A stretch of 50,846 nt of DNA from a virus (IMGVR_UViG_3300018063_000007:1-50846); one strand, 5' to 3'. Counted from the stretch's first letter, positions 16,353 to 26,149 are shown. The notes: generated from the sequence alone by a model not told the origin. A program made the numbers and translations.

Positions 16353-17320
16353 AGGCCCAATCGCTTGGCTGGCTCATCGACCACCCGCCACCGGAGGTAA
16401 AATCACTATGGGGCAACGCATTGCTTCCACGCCGGGGTCTTACGCTTTTACATTCAGCCTCGAAACAGGGGAAATCTATGTTAGCATTGAACCTTGCTTT
16501 AGCTGGCGCGGCTGGATTGCCTCACTACTTAGGTTTCCCTATAGAATCTACGTTTACGACCTTCGTACTTCAAGGCGAAATCCACTTACGGGGAGTGTGG
16601 GAACGTGCCTCCCAAATGATTCGGACTATGGGCGCGACCCTACCGAGCGAGGCCATTAACCGGGTGATCGTGAACGAGGAGCGTACCCTGCGATTGGCGC
16701 AGTCGGAGATGTGGGATGAGTTCCGAGAGGTAGTGCGGTGGCTTCGGCCCGATTTGGTAATTCTCGACCCCTTCGCCCACGTGCTCACCGAGGATGAGAA
16801 CTCGAACGTCATCGTGGGCAAGATCCTCGAAAAGATCGCGGAGTTGCGTGACGACCCTGGATGCGCTATCCTTCTCGTACACCATGACGGCAAGCCCAGC
16901 GAAAGCACGTCGTCGCGCCAACCTCGCCAGCGCTCGCGTGGAGCAGATCGCCTTAACGCAGATCCAGACAGCATTCTCTCGTTGGTGCCGCTCCGCCGTC
17001 CCAAGGGCTCAGGCCCGCTCAGCCGTCTTGAGCCTGTCTCTCGATACGGGCGAAGTGTGGATTCTTTCGACGTGGCCCTCAACGAAGACACGCTCTGGTT
17101 TGAGCGTGCGACGCAAGAGGACACGGAAGACTTTGACATCGCCATCGCCTCGTTGGTTCCCCCTGGAGGCTGCTCCGAGCAAGAATTACTCAGAGCCTTT
17201 AACACTGTCAAAGGATATAGTGACGGGCGGTTACGTCAAGCTCGATCAGCTTTCGCAGAAGCCGTTGGGCAGGGTATTTTGCAGGTAGAGCATGGAGTCG
17301 TGAGAAAAAAGGAGGAGTGA
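16328..17320 (+). CDS. RepA-like (AAA_25) replicative helicase
   Basis: Walker A HSASKQGKS, Walker B LVILDPF, DENSN, ILLVHHDGK, RGA. Confidence 0.85.
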   Translation: MERDDEVLKAQSLGWLIDHPPPEVKSLWGNALLPRRGLTLLHSASKQGKSMLALNLALAGAAGLPHYLGFPIESTFTTFVLQGEIHLRGVWERASQMIRTMGATLPSEAINRVIVNEERTLRLAQSEMWDEFREVVRWLRPDLVILDPFAHVLTEDENSNVIVGKILEKIAELRDDPGCAILLVHHDGKPSESTSSRQPRQRSRGADRLNADPDSILSLVPLRRPKGSGPLSRLEPVSRYGRSVDSFDVALNEDTLWFERATQEDTEDFDIAIASLVPPGGCSEQELLRAFNTVKGYSDGRLRQARSAFAEAVGQGILQVEHGVVRKKEE

Positions 17321-17556
17321 TGCCATACATCCCTCAAGACGCTCGTAAACAGCTTGACAGCGGTGACATCCAAGGGGGAGGTTCCCTCTGTTACCTCATC
17401 ACCATGTTGTGTAAAGGCTACCTCCTTCAACGTGGCGAGAGCTACGACCATTATGGTGAGGTACGCCACGCCCTTGCTACGACGTGGGATGAGTACGTGC
17501 TACCGCGCTTTCGCACCTACGAGGCCAAGAAGCGCGAAACCAATGGTGAAGTGTGA
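17317..17556 (+). CDS. Small conserved phage protein (MPYI...GxLxYLIT...YExKKxxxNGxV family)
   Basis: Motif pattern; GGAGG SD. Confidence 0.7.
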   Translation: MMPYIPQDARKQLDSGDIQGGGSLCYLITMLCKGYLLQRGESYDHYGEVRHALATTWDEYVLPRFRTYEAKKRETNGEV

Positions 17557-17930
17557 GGATATACGTTGCGGGCACCTTCGGCGACCGCTCCAAGCTCAAG
17601 AAGATTGTCAAGCGCATCCGCGCCACGGGCCACGAAGTCTCTAGCTCATGGATGTACGAGGGCAAGCGCCCAGAGGGGCAAACGCATGAGCATTGGTTCC
17701 AGCAGCTCGCCCTCAAAGATTTGGCCGAAGTACGTAAGGCGAACCTCTTGATCCTCGACACACGTACCCGCTCGCCTCGTGGAGGTAAGAACGTAGAGTT
17801 TGGGGCTGCGCTCGTTGAGTATAAGTTCGTGTGGGTCGTCGGTCCAGTGCGCAACGTGTTCGAGACGCTCGCTGATGAGCACTTCCCAACGTGGGCGGCT
17901 GCGATAGCGCGATTGAAGGAGGCTGTGTGA
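17553..17930 (+). CDS. Nucleoside 2-deoxyribosyltransferase-like N-glycosidase
   Basis: IYVAG, GHEVSSSW, DLAEVRKAN, GKNVEFGAA, VVGP. Confidence 0.75.
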   Translation: MRIYVAGTFGDRSKLKKIVKRIRATGHEVSSSWMYEGKRPEGQTHEHWFQQLALKDLAEVRKANLLILDTRTRSPRGGKNVEFGAALVEYKFVWVVGPVRNVFETLADEHFPTWAAAIARLKEAV

Positions 17931-18328
17931 CCACGAACCTACTAACATGTACGAAGTGTCATGGTAAATACCCTCGTGAGGAGCTTGACACACATCCATG
18001 CGAACCTCGGTCACGCAAAGAGATGCTTGACGCGCAGCGGATGCTTGACGCACAGCGACCAGGTGTCGCGTACGATCTAAGCGAGCAAGATGAAGTGCTC
18101 GCCATCTTCATGGTGATGCTGAAGGAAGTTACCGCTGATGGGGGCCGAAAGCGGGCAAAGGGTGCAAAGCCGTCATGGAAGGTCGATCCTTCACATGAAG
18201 CAGCGATCTTCTCTCACCTAAACAGGTGGAAGCATGGTGAGAAGGTCGATCCCGATAGTGGTACTCACCCACTCGTGCATCTTGCGTGGCGGGCGCTGGC
18301 GATTGCGTATCAGGAGGGCGCCCGTTGA
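17927..18328 (+). CDS. dATP/dGTP diphosphohydrolase-like protein (DUF5664 type)
   Basis: AIFSHLNRWKHGEKVDPDSGTHPLVHLAWRAL; AGGAGG SD before GTG 17927. Confidence 0.7.
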   Translation: MTTNLLTCTKCHGKYPREELDTHPCEPRSRKEMLDAQRMLDAQRPGVAYDLSEQDEVLAIFMVMLKEVTADGGRKRAKGAKPSWKVDPSHEAAIFSHLNRWKHGEKVDPDSGTHPLVHLAWRALAIAYQEGAR

Positions 18329-18693
18329 AAATACTCCTGCTGGACATCGCGTGGCTTGCTGGGCTGTTAGAGGGCGAAGGTTCTTTCCATATTAGTACAA
18401 AGCGAGGTAAGCCAAGTTCATTGCTCGTTGTTGTGCAAATGACTGACGGCGATATAATTGAGCGGGTGGCGCAGCTATTCAATAGGCCGATGCATGGGCC
18501 CTACAAACGCCGCAATCCTTCGTACAAGCCTTTTTACTCTACGAGTATCTCGGCGAGTAGCGCTGCTAGCTGGATGATGACGCTTTATCCTTTTCTTGGT
18601 CAAAGACGCCGAGAGAAGATTAAGGAGCTTTTACATTTCTGGCGAGCACAAGCTGCTGGACGAGGAGGACGGCCACGCGCATCTTATTGCTAG
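18325..18693 (+). mobile_element. Free-standing single-motif LAGLIDADG homing endonuclease gene
   Basis: AWLAGLLEGEGSF, VQMTD, LYPFLGQRRREKI; AGGAGG SD and TTG start at 18325; AT-richer. Confidence 0.82.
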
Positions 18694-19415
18694 ATATAGA
18701 GACGAGCCCAAATACTGTATTCACATGGGGTTTGTTCAAACAAAATATCTCTACCGACAAGATCATCGACTCTAGTTCTGTCCTCTGCTGGGCCGCTAAG
18801 TGGTACGGTGAGCGCCAAGTGATGTTCGATTCCGTGCATGCATCGAAACCTAAGATGATGCTCCGCCGTATGCACAAACTCCTTGACGAAGCCGACGCCG
18901 TGATAACCTACTTCGGTGACTCGTTCGACCTTCCTACGTTGTCGAAGGAGTTTGTGCTTCATGGATTCACACCCCCGGCACCATTCAAGAAGGTGGACCT
19001 CTGCCGTGTTGTCCAACGTACGTTCAAGTTCCCGTCGAACAAGCTCGACTATGTTGGACAAGCCCTTGGCCTAGGTATGAAGACGCGCCACACTGGCTTT
19101 GAGATGTGGGTGCAGTGCATGGCGGGCGACGCGAAGGCGTGGAAGCTGATGGAGAAGTATAATCGTAGAGATGTGACATTGCTTGAGCAACTCTACGACC
19201 GCCTCAAACCTTGGATCAAGTCTCACCCCAACCATCGGCTCTACGACGACGACGCCCTCTGCCCTAACTGTGGGAGCGTACGCCACCAGCGAAGGGGTTA
19301 CGCTATGAGCAAGGTGCTCAAGTATTCTCGTTTTCAGTGCTTAGAGTGTGGCACGTGGTTCCGCTCGACGCATTGCGTGAAGGATGCGACAACGCGGTAC
19401 ACACAGGTTCAATGA
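18675..19415 (+). CDS. DnaQ/RNase H-like 3'-5' exonuclease with C-terminal zinc ribbon
   Basis: ILLLDIETSP, YFGDSFD, NKLDY, YNRRDV, CPNCGS...CLECG; start is ACG 18675 or TTG 18687. Confidence 0.85.
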   Translation, partial: TRILLLDIETSPNTVFTWGLFKQNISTDKIIDSSSVLCWAAKWYGERQVMFDSVHASKPKMMLRRMHKLLDEADAVITYFGDSFDLPTLSKEFVLHGFTPPAPFKKVDLCRVVQRTFKFPSNKLDYVGQALGLGMKTRHTGFEMWVQCMAGDAKAWKLMEKYNRRDVTLLEQLYDRLKPWIKSHPNHRLYDDDALCPNCGSVRHQRRGYAMSKVLKYSRFQCLECGTWFRSTHCVKDATTRYTQVQ

Positions 19416-19690
19416 AAAAGTTCATCCCCCTCCAAGTCGACGTAATCTGGGACGATGCTCGCGACGAGCCCGGTGAGTGGGATCTTGACGACGTAATCGC
19501 TGGGAAAGGGCCACAACCCAAGCGCAACCGCTCAACTGGCGGTCGACTCTGCTACGTATGTGAGGAGTACATCACGCTTATGCACGACTGGGACGCTGAT
19601 ACTCGCGACGTAGGCAATGCAACGACGATCTTCGTGGGTTGGATTAAGTTAATCACACACCCGCGTCGAGGAGCGCTCTACCGCCGATGA
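19412..19690 (+). CDS. Conserved phage protein (VxWxDA motif)
   Basis: VDVIWDDA...STGG...TIFVGWI. Confidence 0.65.
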   Translation: MKKFIPLQVDVIWDDARDEPGEWDLDDVIAGKGPQPKRNRSTGGRLCYVCEEYITLMHDWDADTRDVGNATTIFVGWIKLITHPRRGALYRR

Positions 19691-19853
19691 CAAGCTGGCT
19701 CGATCTTCGTATCGAATGGGGCCTGTTCACGTGCATGAACTGCTGGCGCATCCAGCTATTCTGGCCGGGAGGTGCGTTCGCACGAGGGCCGAGCGGCAAA
19801 CTACGGTGGCTATGCCGTCCATGCTGGTTTAGCTGGTACAGAAGGGCACAGTC

Positions 19854-20267
19854 ATGAGTAAGCGGAAGGTGCCGAGTGGTGCGGCTGAACTCACACCCGC
19901 TGGGGCGTGGCTTGCTGGCTATCACGCTGGGCTGCGTGTCGGGCAGGTAGCGTCACCACCGCCAAGTCCTACGAAAGAGCCAGAATCGAACACCTGGGCT
20001 ATCCTTTGGTTCGGGGCCACTTTGTTGCTTGCTTGTGCCCTCGTGGCTTGTGTTCTGACTGATCCTATTTGCGACTGCGCTAAGCCACGTCCAGAGGCTC
20101 AGCCGCTGGAGACGATTCCCCGGCAGAGTCCGCTGGTCGTCCACGACCCAGGAGCCATGCTGTTGCCTGCCAACTGGCGATGCGGAGTCGGACGCTCCAG
20201 AGTTCGAGTCGGAGCCAGGCCGTTCGGCGTTGTCGTCGCCTCTCAAATAATCCATGAGCGTAGATGA
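19854..20267 (+). CDS. Putative membrane protein, last gene of the + arm
   Basis: Hydrophobic WAILWFGATLLLACALVACVL; stop lies 10 nt from the convergent stop at 20277. Confidence 0.5.
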   Translation: MSKRKVPSGAAELTPAGAWLAGYHAGLRVGQVASPPPSPTKEPESNTWAILWFGATLLLACALVACVLTDPICDCAKPRPEAQPLETIPRQSPLVVHDPGAMLLPANWRCGVGRSRVRVGARPFGVVVASQIIHERR

Positions 20268-20276
20268 CCTTTCCCA

Positions 20277-23200
20277 TTAACGCACGCTAGGGTGGGCGCG
20301 CGGCTTCGCTGGTTTGGGCTGGCCAGCGACCTTCTTCCGCGCAGCCTGTAACGTCTGCATGATCTTGCGGCGCTCCTCGGGGCTTGCATCCCGCCAAATG
20401 GTGTTGAGGATTTGTGAGGTCTTGCCACTCTCGGTTGCGCGTTGCTGCTTCGTAGGACGCTCGATGAACGCCAACGGCGGCTCGATGGGCGCAGCAAGTG
20501 TACGCACGAGGCTAAACGGACGTTGAATTTGACGCTGGGTCGTCGAGTCCTTGCGATAAGCGTCATCAGGATCAAGGATCTGATCTAATAACGTAGAGTC
20601 GTCTCGCTTCACACGCCCACCAGCCACGATGTCTGAAGTCATCTTGTAAGGCCAGAAGTTCATCAAGAAGTTGTCGACTGGGTTCTGTCGGGCCATGCTT
20701 GGCACAAACCCCCCAGTCTTCGGGTCGAACTCCTGTCCCTCATGAGTAGTAAGCCTACCACGTACGCGCTGAAAGCGAAAGAGGTCGACGCCCAAGACGG
20801 TTTCGATGGCGGTGGAGAGCACGGGGTCGAGTTGGTTAATGAGGTCGGCACCGGGGTCGTTGGAGCTAAGTACCGACGACGGGTCTGGACCGCGAGTGTT
20901 GAACATGCGAAGGACTTGCTGGCCGTCTGGGCCTTCAACGACATCAACGGGGATGGAGTCTTGCAGCCAGTGAGGGATGTCGCGCGACTCGAAGCCCCAC
21001 ACGTCGAGTTGGTCATTTAGGTCTTCACGGGCCATCTGGGCGAGCGTGCGAATGGTCTTTGCCGCGATAGGCTGCTCGAACGGAAACCGCCACGTCATCT
21101 TCACGGCGTGCTTCCAGAAGGCGTGAAACGGCATCACTGAGCGCAGGATGCGCCTACTGTGGGGGTCTTGTTTGCGGTAGTTGGCGTGTGTGTCGTTCAT
21201 GAATTTGAGGGCGGCGTCCCAGTCGTCTTGTTTCATGGTGGCCTGGGCGCCCATCTTGTAGAGGTCGTCGATGCGCTCAGCCTGGTCCATGAAGTTGAGG
21301 AAGCTGCGCCCGGTAGCCTTCATGTTCGCTTTAGCGTTCTTTTCGAGTTTGTAGATAGCGGCGACGGAGCGAAAGAAAGCGTCGGTGTCGGTGTTGAACT
21401 GGGCGGCGGCGGCGCCTACGCGGCCAATAAAGCGCTTGGCTGGGTTACGAGACGCCTTGAAACGCGCTGCGACGTTGCGTGTACCCTCGGTGAATGCTTT
21501 CTCAACCATGCCGCCCTGCGCCACGCCAGGGAGTTTGCGAATAGCAGAGAGTTGGCGCCCACGTTCGCCAAACCACCCAAAGTGGTCGTAGGCAACACCT
21601 TGGAAGGCTTTGAAGTGCGCGCTGTACGTTGCTGGGTTAAGCGGGTGGATACCAGCCATTGCGTTGAATGTTGCGCCGCCGATGAGGTTGTTACGGAGCC
21701 ACGCCGGGCGCAAGGGGAGCGTGATGAAGCGCCAGTTGTCACTGAGGTTGTCCCATAACCGCATGAGCCCACTCGTTGGCTTGAACCGTTGGGTCATGTG
21801 TTCGTGGACGATTTCGGCGGCCTCACGAGGGACCGCCCATGTCTCGCCCTTTCGGACGCCCATCGTGCGAGGCGCGCGAGCAGAGGCGTTGTCGAGCAGC
21901 TTGTCGAATCGCGCGACGCTCGCAGCTTCGTCACCAGCGTCTACACGCTTGCGCATGCCGTCGAACAGCGTGTCAAGTTCGTGGGAGAGCGTATACATCT
22001 GGTAACGCCCATTTGGGTGGAGGAACTGATGGGTAGCTTGCTCACCAGTCTTGGCGTCACCAGCGAAACGCTTGTCCTTCGCAAGTTCAGTGAAACGCGC
22101 CTTGTCGCGCGGAACCTTTTCACCACCATAGGCGTTGATGACATGGTTCATCACGTCAACGTAGTTCGCGTGGGAGGCGGCTTGCTCGTTCATGTTGAGC
22201 ATGGCACGTAGGAGGGGGTCGCCGAGTTTGCCCATCTCAGCCCGCACGAGCTTCTCGACCTGGGGGTTGCCACGCTCAAGGGCGGTTTGGAGCTTCTCTT
22301 GAAGGCGACGAAGGGGTTCGTGAGGCTCTAACACCTCAAGGACGCCGGCACGTTGAAGCGCCCCTCGGTTGTACTTCCACGGTTGTGCTTCGCGGAGTTT
22401 GCTTGACACTGCGCCGAAGGTCTGTTGCGCCTTCGTGAGCACCTCAGCAGAATGCGGTACGTAGAGGGCACCCTGCCCCCCAGCGAACTCGTTGAGAATC
22501 TCATGGGGGTCAATGCTGCCTTCGAGGATTTGCTGGATGCGATTCCCCGGCTTACCAGGGCCGGGAATGTCGGGCATTGGGTTTAGCCAATGTGCCTGCT
22601 CAACCGTTGTGGCAGCAAGCCCTTCGAGGCGCATCTTGTCGACGCCCTTGTTCCACTCAGCCTTCTTCGCGTCGTACACAGCGTCGCGGAGCGGTTGAGT
22701 ACGGCGGAGCAAGCGTTGCTCTTCAGCCTTCGCGAACTCAGTCTCATGTACTTCATCGAGACGCTGTTGACGTACGGCTGGGTCGGCGAACGCTGGGTCG
22801 GTGTCGATACGCCGAGCCTCCTGCAACACGCGCTCCTGGGCGATCGTCTCAGGGTGGAGATTGAGCGTTGTTTCTACACGAGTCTGGATCTGCTCCCACT
22901 CAGCCATATGCTGGGCCATGCGCTCGCCAAACTGGTCTAACTCGCCGCCAGTTGGGGGCATGAGTGACATTTTCCCCTGAGTGTAGGTTGGGAAGTAGGC
23001 GCGTTCCTCGGGTGACATGCGACCATAGAAGGCTTTGATGTCGGCATTGTTCTGGTTAATGATCGCTTCTTTGATGATGTCGGCGCGGTAGGTGGCTTCT
23101 TGGAGTTCGTTGCGTACCTCTTGCTGACGCATGTACGATGGGTACTTCGTACGCGCGATCGCTTGGCCACCTTTGTAGAGGGCGTTGATTGGGTCGAGGG

Positions 23201-23795
23201 AGGTGCTAGCGTTAACGACGGCTTCGCCGATTCTGCTGAGTTTGGCGATCTTGGCGGCGCTACCGGCTACTTTGAGCCCGAGCCCGGTGCCCGTCCCTAC
23301 GGTGGCGATGTCGGAGAGCGTGAGTAGTGGGTCGTCAAGTGTCCTTCTCGTCACAACGTCCCACACGCTCTCACCTTCGCGTGGGGTGTAGTCTTCGACG
23401 AACGCTTTACCTAGAAACTTGGTGGCGGCGGTGAGCGGCCCAAGGATTGGCCCACCAGGCTCAGAGATAAGCGCCTTGGCGCCGTGCTTGATGGTTTCGC
23501 GCCCAGCTTCGGTGAAGGGGAGAGTGATAAGACCGACGTAGCCTTGGGCGAGTTCGCCTAGATCGCCGAACGCACCTCGGCTAAACCGATCGAGGGTTCC
23601 TCGTGACTGAGGCACGAGCGTCTTAAGCGCTTCAATACGCGCTTCAGGCTCTATACGAGGGGCGAAACGTTCGCTCGCAGGGGCGGGACGGACAGGCGCA
23701 CCGGGGGCGGGCGCAGTCGCCTCTAAGCCTGCTTCAGTGTCTTCGTCGTCGTCTTCCTGACGCCGAAGAAGCTCCTCAATGTCTCGGAGTGGCAT
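20277..23795 (-). CDS. Large internal virion / DNA ejection protein (putative)
   Basis: 1172 aa, helical, last gene of a podovirus-type structural arm. Confidence 0.6.
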   Translation of the reverse strand: MPLRDIEELLRRQEDDDEDTEAGLEATAPAPGAPVRPAPASERFAPRIEPEARIEALKTLVPQSRGTLDRFSRGAFGDLGELAQGYVGLITLPFTEAGRETIKHGAKALISEPGGPILGPLTAATKFLGKAFVEDYTPREGESVWDVVTRRTLDDPLLTLSDIATVGTGTGLGLKVAGSAAKIAKLSRIGEAVVNASTSLDPINALYKGGQAIARTKYPSYMRQQEVRNELQEATYRADIIKEAIINQNNADIKAFYGRMSPEERAYFPTYTQGKMSLMPPTGGELDQFGERMAQHMAEWEQIQTRVETTLNLHPETIAQERVLQEARRIDTDPAFADPAVRQQRLDEVHETEFAKAEEQRLLRRTQPLRDAVYDAKKAEWNKGVDKMRLEGLAATTVEQAHWLNPMPDIPGPGKPGNRIQQILEGSIDPHEILNEFAGGQGALYVPHSAEVLTKAQQTFGAVSSKLREAQPWKYNRGALQRAGVLEVLEPHEPLRRLQEKLQTALERGNPQVEKLVRAEMGKLGDPLLRAMLNMNEQAASHANYVDVMNHVINAYGGEKVPRDKARFTELAKDKRFAGDAKTGEQATHQFLHPNGRYQMYTLSHELDTLFDGMRKRVDAGDEAASVARFDKLLDNASARAPRTMGVRKGETWAVPREAAEIVHEHMTQRFKPTSGLMRLWDNLSDNWRFITLPLRPAWLRNNLIGGATFNAMAGIHPLNPATYSAHFKAFQGVAYDHFGWFGERGRQLSAIRKLPGVAQGGMVEKAFTEGTRNVAARFKASRNPAKRFIGRVGAAAAQFNTDTDAFFRSVAAIYKLEKNAKANMKATGRSFLNFMDQAERIDDLYKMGAQATMKQDDWDAALKFMNDTHANYRKQDPHSRRILRSVMPFHAFWKHAVKMTWRFPFEQPIAAKTIRTLAQMAREDLNDQLDVWGFESRDIPHWLQDSIPVDVVEGPDGQQVLRMFNTRGPDPSSVLSSNDPGADLINQLDPVLSTAIETVLGVDLFRFQRVRGRLTTHEGQEFDPKTGGFVPSMARQNPVDNFLMNFWPYKMTSDIVAGGRVKRDDSTLLDQILDPDDAYRKDSTTQRQIQRPFSLVRTLAAPIEPPLAFIERPTKQQRATESGKTSQILNTIWRDASPEERRKIMQTLQAARKKVAGQPKPAKPRAHPSVR

Positions 23796-23801
23796 GCACG
23801 C

Positions 23802-24707
23802 TTAGCGTTGGAGGTATTGACGAAGCTGCTCGTCGTCCGACTCACCTTCGCCCGCACCAAACGCTAGTGAGCGTGACTCTAGCCGGCCGAGCAAATCTGC
23901 CTTATCAAGCATCTCCTTACGTTCACGTTCCTCGCGGGCCTGACGTTCTTCATCGAGTATCGTGTCCAAATCCACTTTCGCTTGCGCGGCCTCGGTAGAG
24001 GTTCGTTGGATGGTATGGCCAGGGATGTCCTTACCCAGCTTTTCAGGATTATACAAGCGCTTATAGGCTTGCTTCATGATGTAATCGTATGCCTGTTTGT
24101 TGATGCGCTTGTTAATTAAATCGCTGTGAACTTGCTCCTTCATGCTGAGAAAGCCTTCAAGAACGCCTTTGTCAAGGTAACGTTCTCCAACCTCGATAGC
24201 CTTAACGGCTTCGTTCTCCTTACGTTTAGCAGTTGCGGCTTTTGGGCTTGGCGCCAACTTCTTCAGCTTCGTCCGCGCAACCATGCGGCTGCGTTCGTCT
24301 TTAGGTGAGAGTAAGGCATTTTCGCCCATGAGCGCACTAGGATCTTCGACGAGTTGCCCTTCGCTGTCACGCATGCTCGACACGCCAGCGGCGGCTTCGA
24401 GGGATGCACGATGAATCTCTGCTGGGTCGTACTGTGGGAGCGTGGCCTTGCCAAACGGTGCGTTGGTAAACGTGCGTGTGTCGGCGCCAAGCATCTCCGA
24501 GAGGCGAGAGGCACCCTCCGTTAGAGGAGCCTTGGTAGGCTGCCCACTTTCATGTGATGGACGTGGTTGCTTACCCGGTCCGATCCAGCCCTCCTCCTCA
24601 ACATTCCCAAGCAACTCGGCTTCAGAGGAGCCAGGGCGGATGATGCGGCCTTCTTGAGTAAGAAAACGATTGCCGCTAGGGATAGCGACGAGTGGTTTAC
24701 GAGCCAT
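23802..24707 (-). CDS. Hypothetical charged protein, possible ejection protein
   Basis: 301-aa ORF overlapping the lysozyme end. Confidence 0.5.
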   Translation of the reverse strand: MARKPLVAIPSGNRFLTQEGRIIRPGSSEAELLGNVEEEGWIGPGKQPRPSHESGQPTKAPLTEGASRLSEMLGADTRTFTNAPFGKATLPQYDPAEIHRASLEAAAGVSSMRDSEGQLVEDPSALMGENALLSPKDERSRMVARTKLKKLAPSPKAATAKRKENEAVKAIEVGERYLDKGVLEGFLSMKEQVHSDLINKRINKQAYDYIMKQAYKRLYNPEKLGKDIPGHTIQRTSTEAAQAKVDLDTILDEERQAREERERKEMLDKADLLGRLESRSLAFGAGEGESDDEQLRQYLQR

Positions 24708-25209
24708 TTAACTTCTCCAAATGTCCGATCATAGCGTTTGCACCGCCCTCGGCGAACATTCTAGCTTCATCCTCACGACGCACAACCAAGCCTGCAAGGC
24801 GGCGCTTGCCCGCTAGCGTCCACCGTCGTAGTTCATAGGGGACCGCGCAACAAAATCCGGCGTTGAGTTTACTAAGGAGTGTAGCCCGGGAGAATGCCCC
24901 AACACCTACGTTGAACACAAATGATACGAGAGCGTCGAACTGGGCTTGGCGGATTGATGCACGTACGAGGCGATTGACAGCTTCTTCAGCAATCTCTAGA
25001 TCACTACGAAGCAGTTCAGCCGCTTCTGCCTCAGAGATGCCGTTGCTGAACGGCGCTTCACTGGCAAGATCGGTACCAACTTCTCCTTTATGCACGAGGT
25101 GCCCATAGCCTACAGTAGCATGTCCAGCAGCGTCATTGTAAAGCTGGGCACGAAACCCTTCATGTTGCGCGATGAACTTTACGCCGGTTTCGCTAGTGCG
25201 ACGTTGCAC
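24697..25209 (-). CDS. Endolysin, GH24 phage lysozyme
   Basis: HEGFRAQLYNDAAGHATVGYGH (E-8x-D-5x-T), QFDALVSFVFNVG, GLVVRREDE. Confidence 0.93.
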   Translation of the reverse strand: MQRRTSETGVKFIAQHEGFRAQLYNDAAGHATVGYGHLVHKGEVGTDLASEAPFSNGISEAEAAELLRSDLEIAEEAVNRLVRASIRQAQFDALVSFVFNVGVGAFSRATLLSKLNAGFCCAVPYELRRWTLAGKRRLAGLVVRREDEARMFAEGGANAMIGHLEKLNGS

Positions 25210-25596
25210 TAGAGCCCCTTGTACTCATCCTGCAACTGCCGCTTGCGCACGGGATCTTGCTCCTCAGAAATCTTGCGGAGCAAGTCTTGCTTATGCCGAT
25301 CGACGGTAGAGCCCATCGGACTGGGCATTTCCTTACGGAGCTTGTCGGCACGGGCCTTGAGGGCTGCTGTGGCACGAACCTGCTCCTCCTTGCTAACGCC
25401 GGCCATGTTACTTCCGCCCGCCATACTGTGAGCCACCAGTAATGGCCTCTGTGTAGTCGTCCTCAGCCTCTACACCTGTCGCGCGTTCTGATAGTTGCTT
25501 GCGTCGACGCCGCTTAGCGGCATCTTCGGCCAAGGCACGTTTGCGCATGATAGAGGCTTCGTCGTCCTCAAAAGCCGGTCGTTGTTTGGCTGCCAT
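25209..25596 (-). other. Two small charged hypothetical genes (25209..25436 and 25408..25596)
   Basis: Coupled ORFs inside the lysis region. Confidence 0.55.
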
Positions 25597-25599
25597 CGG

Positions 25600-25905
25600 C
25601 TACTCCGGCTTACCAGGGTCGAGCGCAACCACGGCATCCTGGATGAGTTTGTCGAGGATGCGCTTAGTCGCGGGGATACCATGTTCGCGCGCGAGTGTAG
25701 CTAGCGTCTCACGAACCCGCACCTTCTTGGTATCGCCTGGAAGCTCGACGCCTTCATAATTAGCAACGAGGCGCGCGGCTTCAGCTTCCAGCACAGCCAT
25801 ACCCACAGCACCAACTACGCTGAGGATGTTCGCCGCAGCTGCGCGAACGATGTCAGTGATACCCGAGTTGACGAACCACGCCTTGATTGTGCTGAAAAAG
25901 CTCAT
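25600..25905 (-). CDS. Putative holin (LL-H-like)
   Basis: Hydrophobic segment, then GDTKK...GI...LDKLIQDAVVAL. Confidence 0.5.
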   Translation of the reverse strand: MSFFSTIKAWFVNSGITDIVRAAAANILSVVGAVGMAVLEAEAARLVANYEGVELPGDTKKVRVRETLATLAREHGIPATKRILDKLIQDAVVALDPGKPE

Positions 25906-26096
25906 TTGACAACTCCCTTTACAAAGCGCACGACATCTGAGGTCGTTTGCCCAGTGATGTAAACTCCGCTGATGACGGTGATGAAATCGAGGTACTTGCT
26001 TGCTGTCACCCCATCCGTGATATACTGACAGGCGACGAAACCAGCCCCTAACGACGCGATAAAGCTCAGGAACCGCTTGCCAATGATGTCGAGCAT
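25902..26096 (-). CDS. Putative two-TM holin or antiholin
   Basis: GKRFLSF, two hydrophobic segments, YITGQTTSD. Confidence 0.55.
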   Translation of the reverse strand: MLDIIGKRFLSFIASLGAGFVACQYITDGVTASKYLDFITVISGVYITGQTTSDVVRFVKGVVK

Positions 26097-26103
26097 CTAC
26101 GTC

Positions 26104-26132
26104 GTTCTATCAGAAATAGAATGGTGTATCAA
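26104..26132 (-). promoter_or_regulatory. Possible promoter for the lysis genes (near-leaderless transcript)
   Basis: TTGATA-N17-TAGAAC, 7 nt before ATG 26096, which lacks an SD. Confidence 0.35.
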
Positions 26133-26149
26133 GTCTGCTAGGAGCTAGC

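Noticed and set aside
17553-18328. Z-genome or 7-deazaguanine DNA modification
   Set aside because: No PurZ, QueC/D/E, FolE or DpdA-like gene was recognised in a closed genome
20190-20220. GTTCGAGTC resembling a tRNA T-loop
   Set aside because: The flanks do not form a T-stem or cloverleaf
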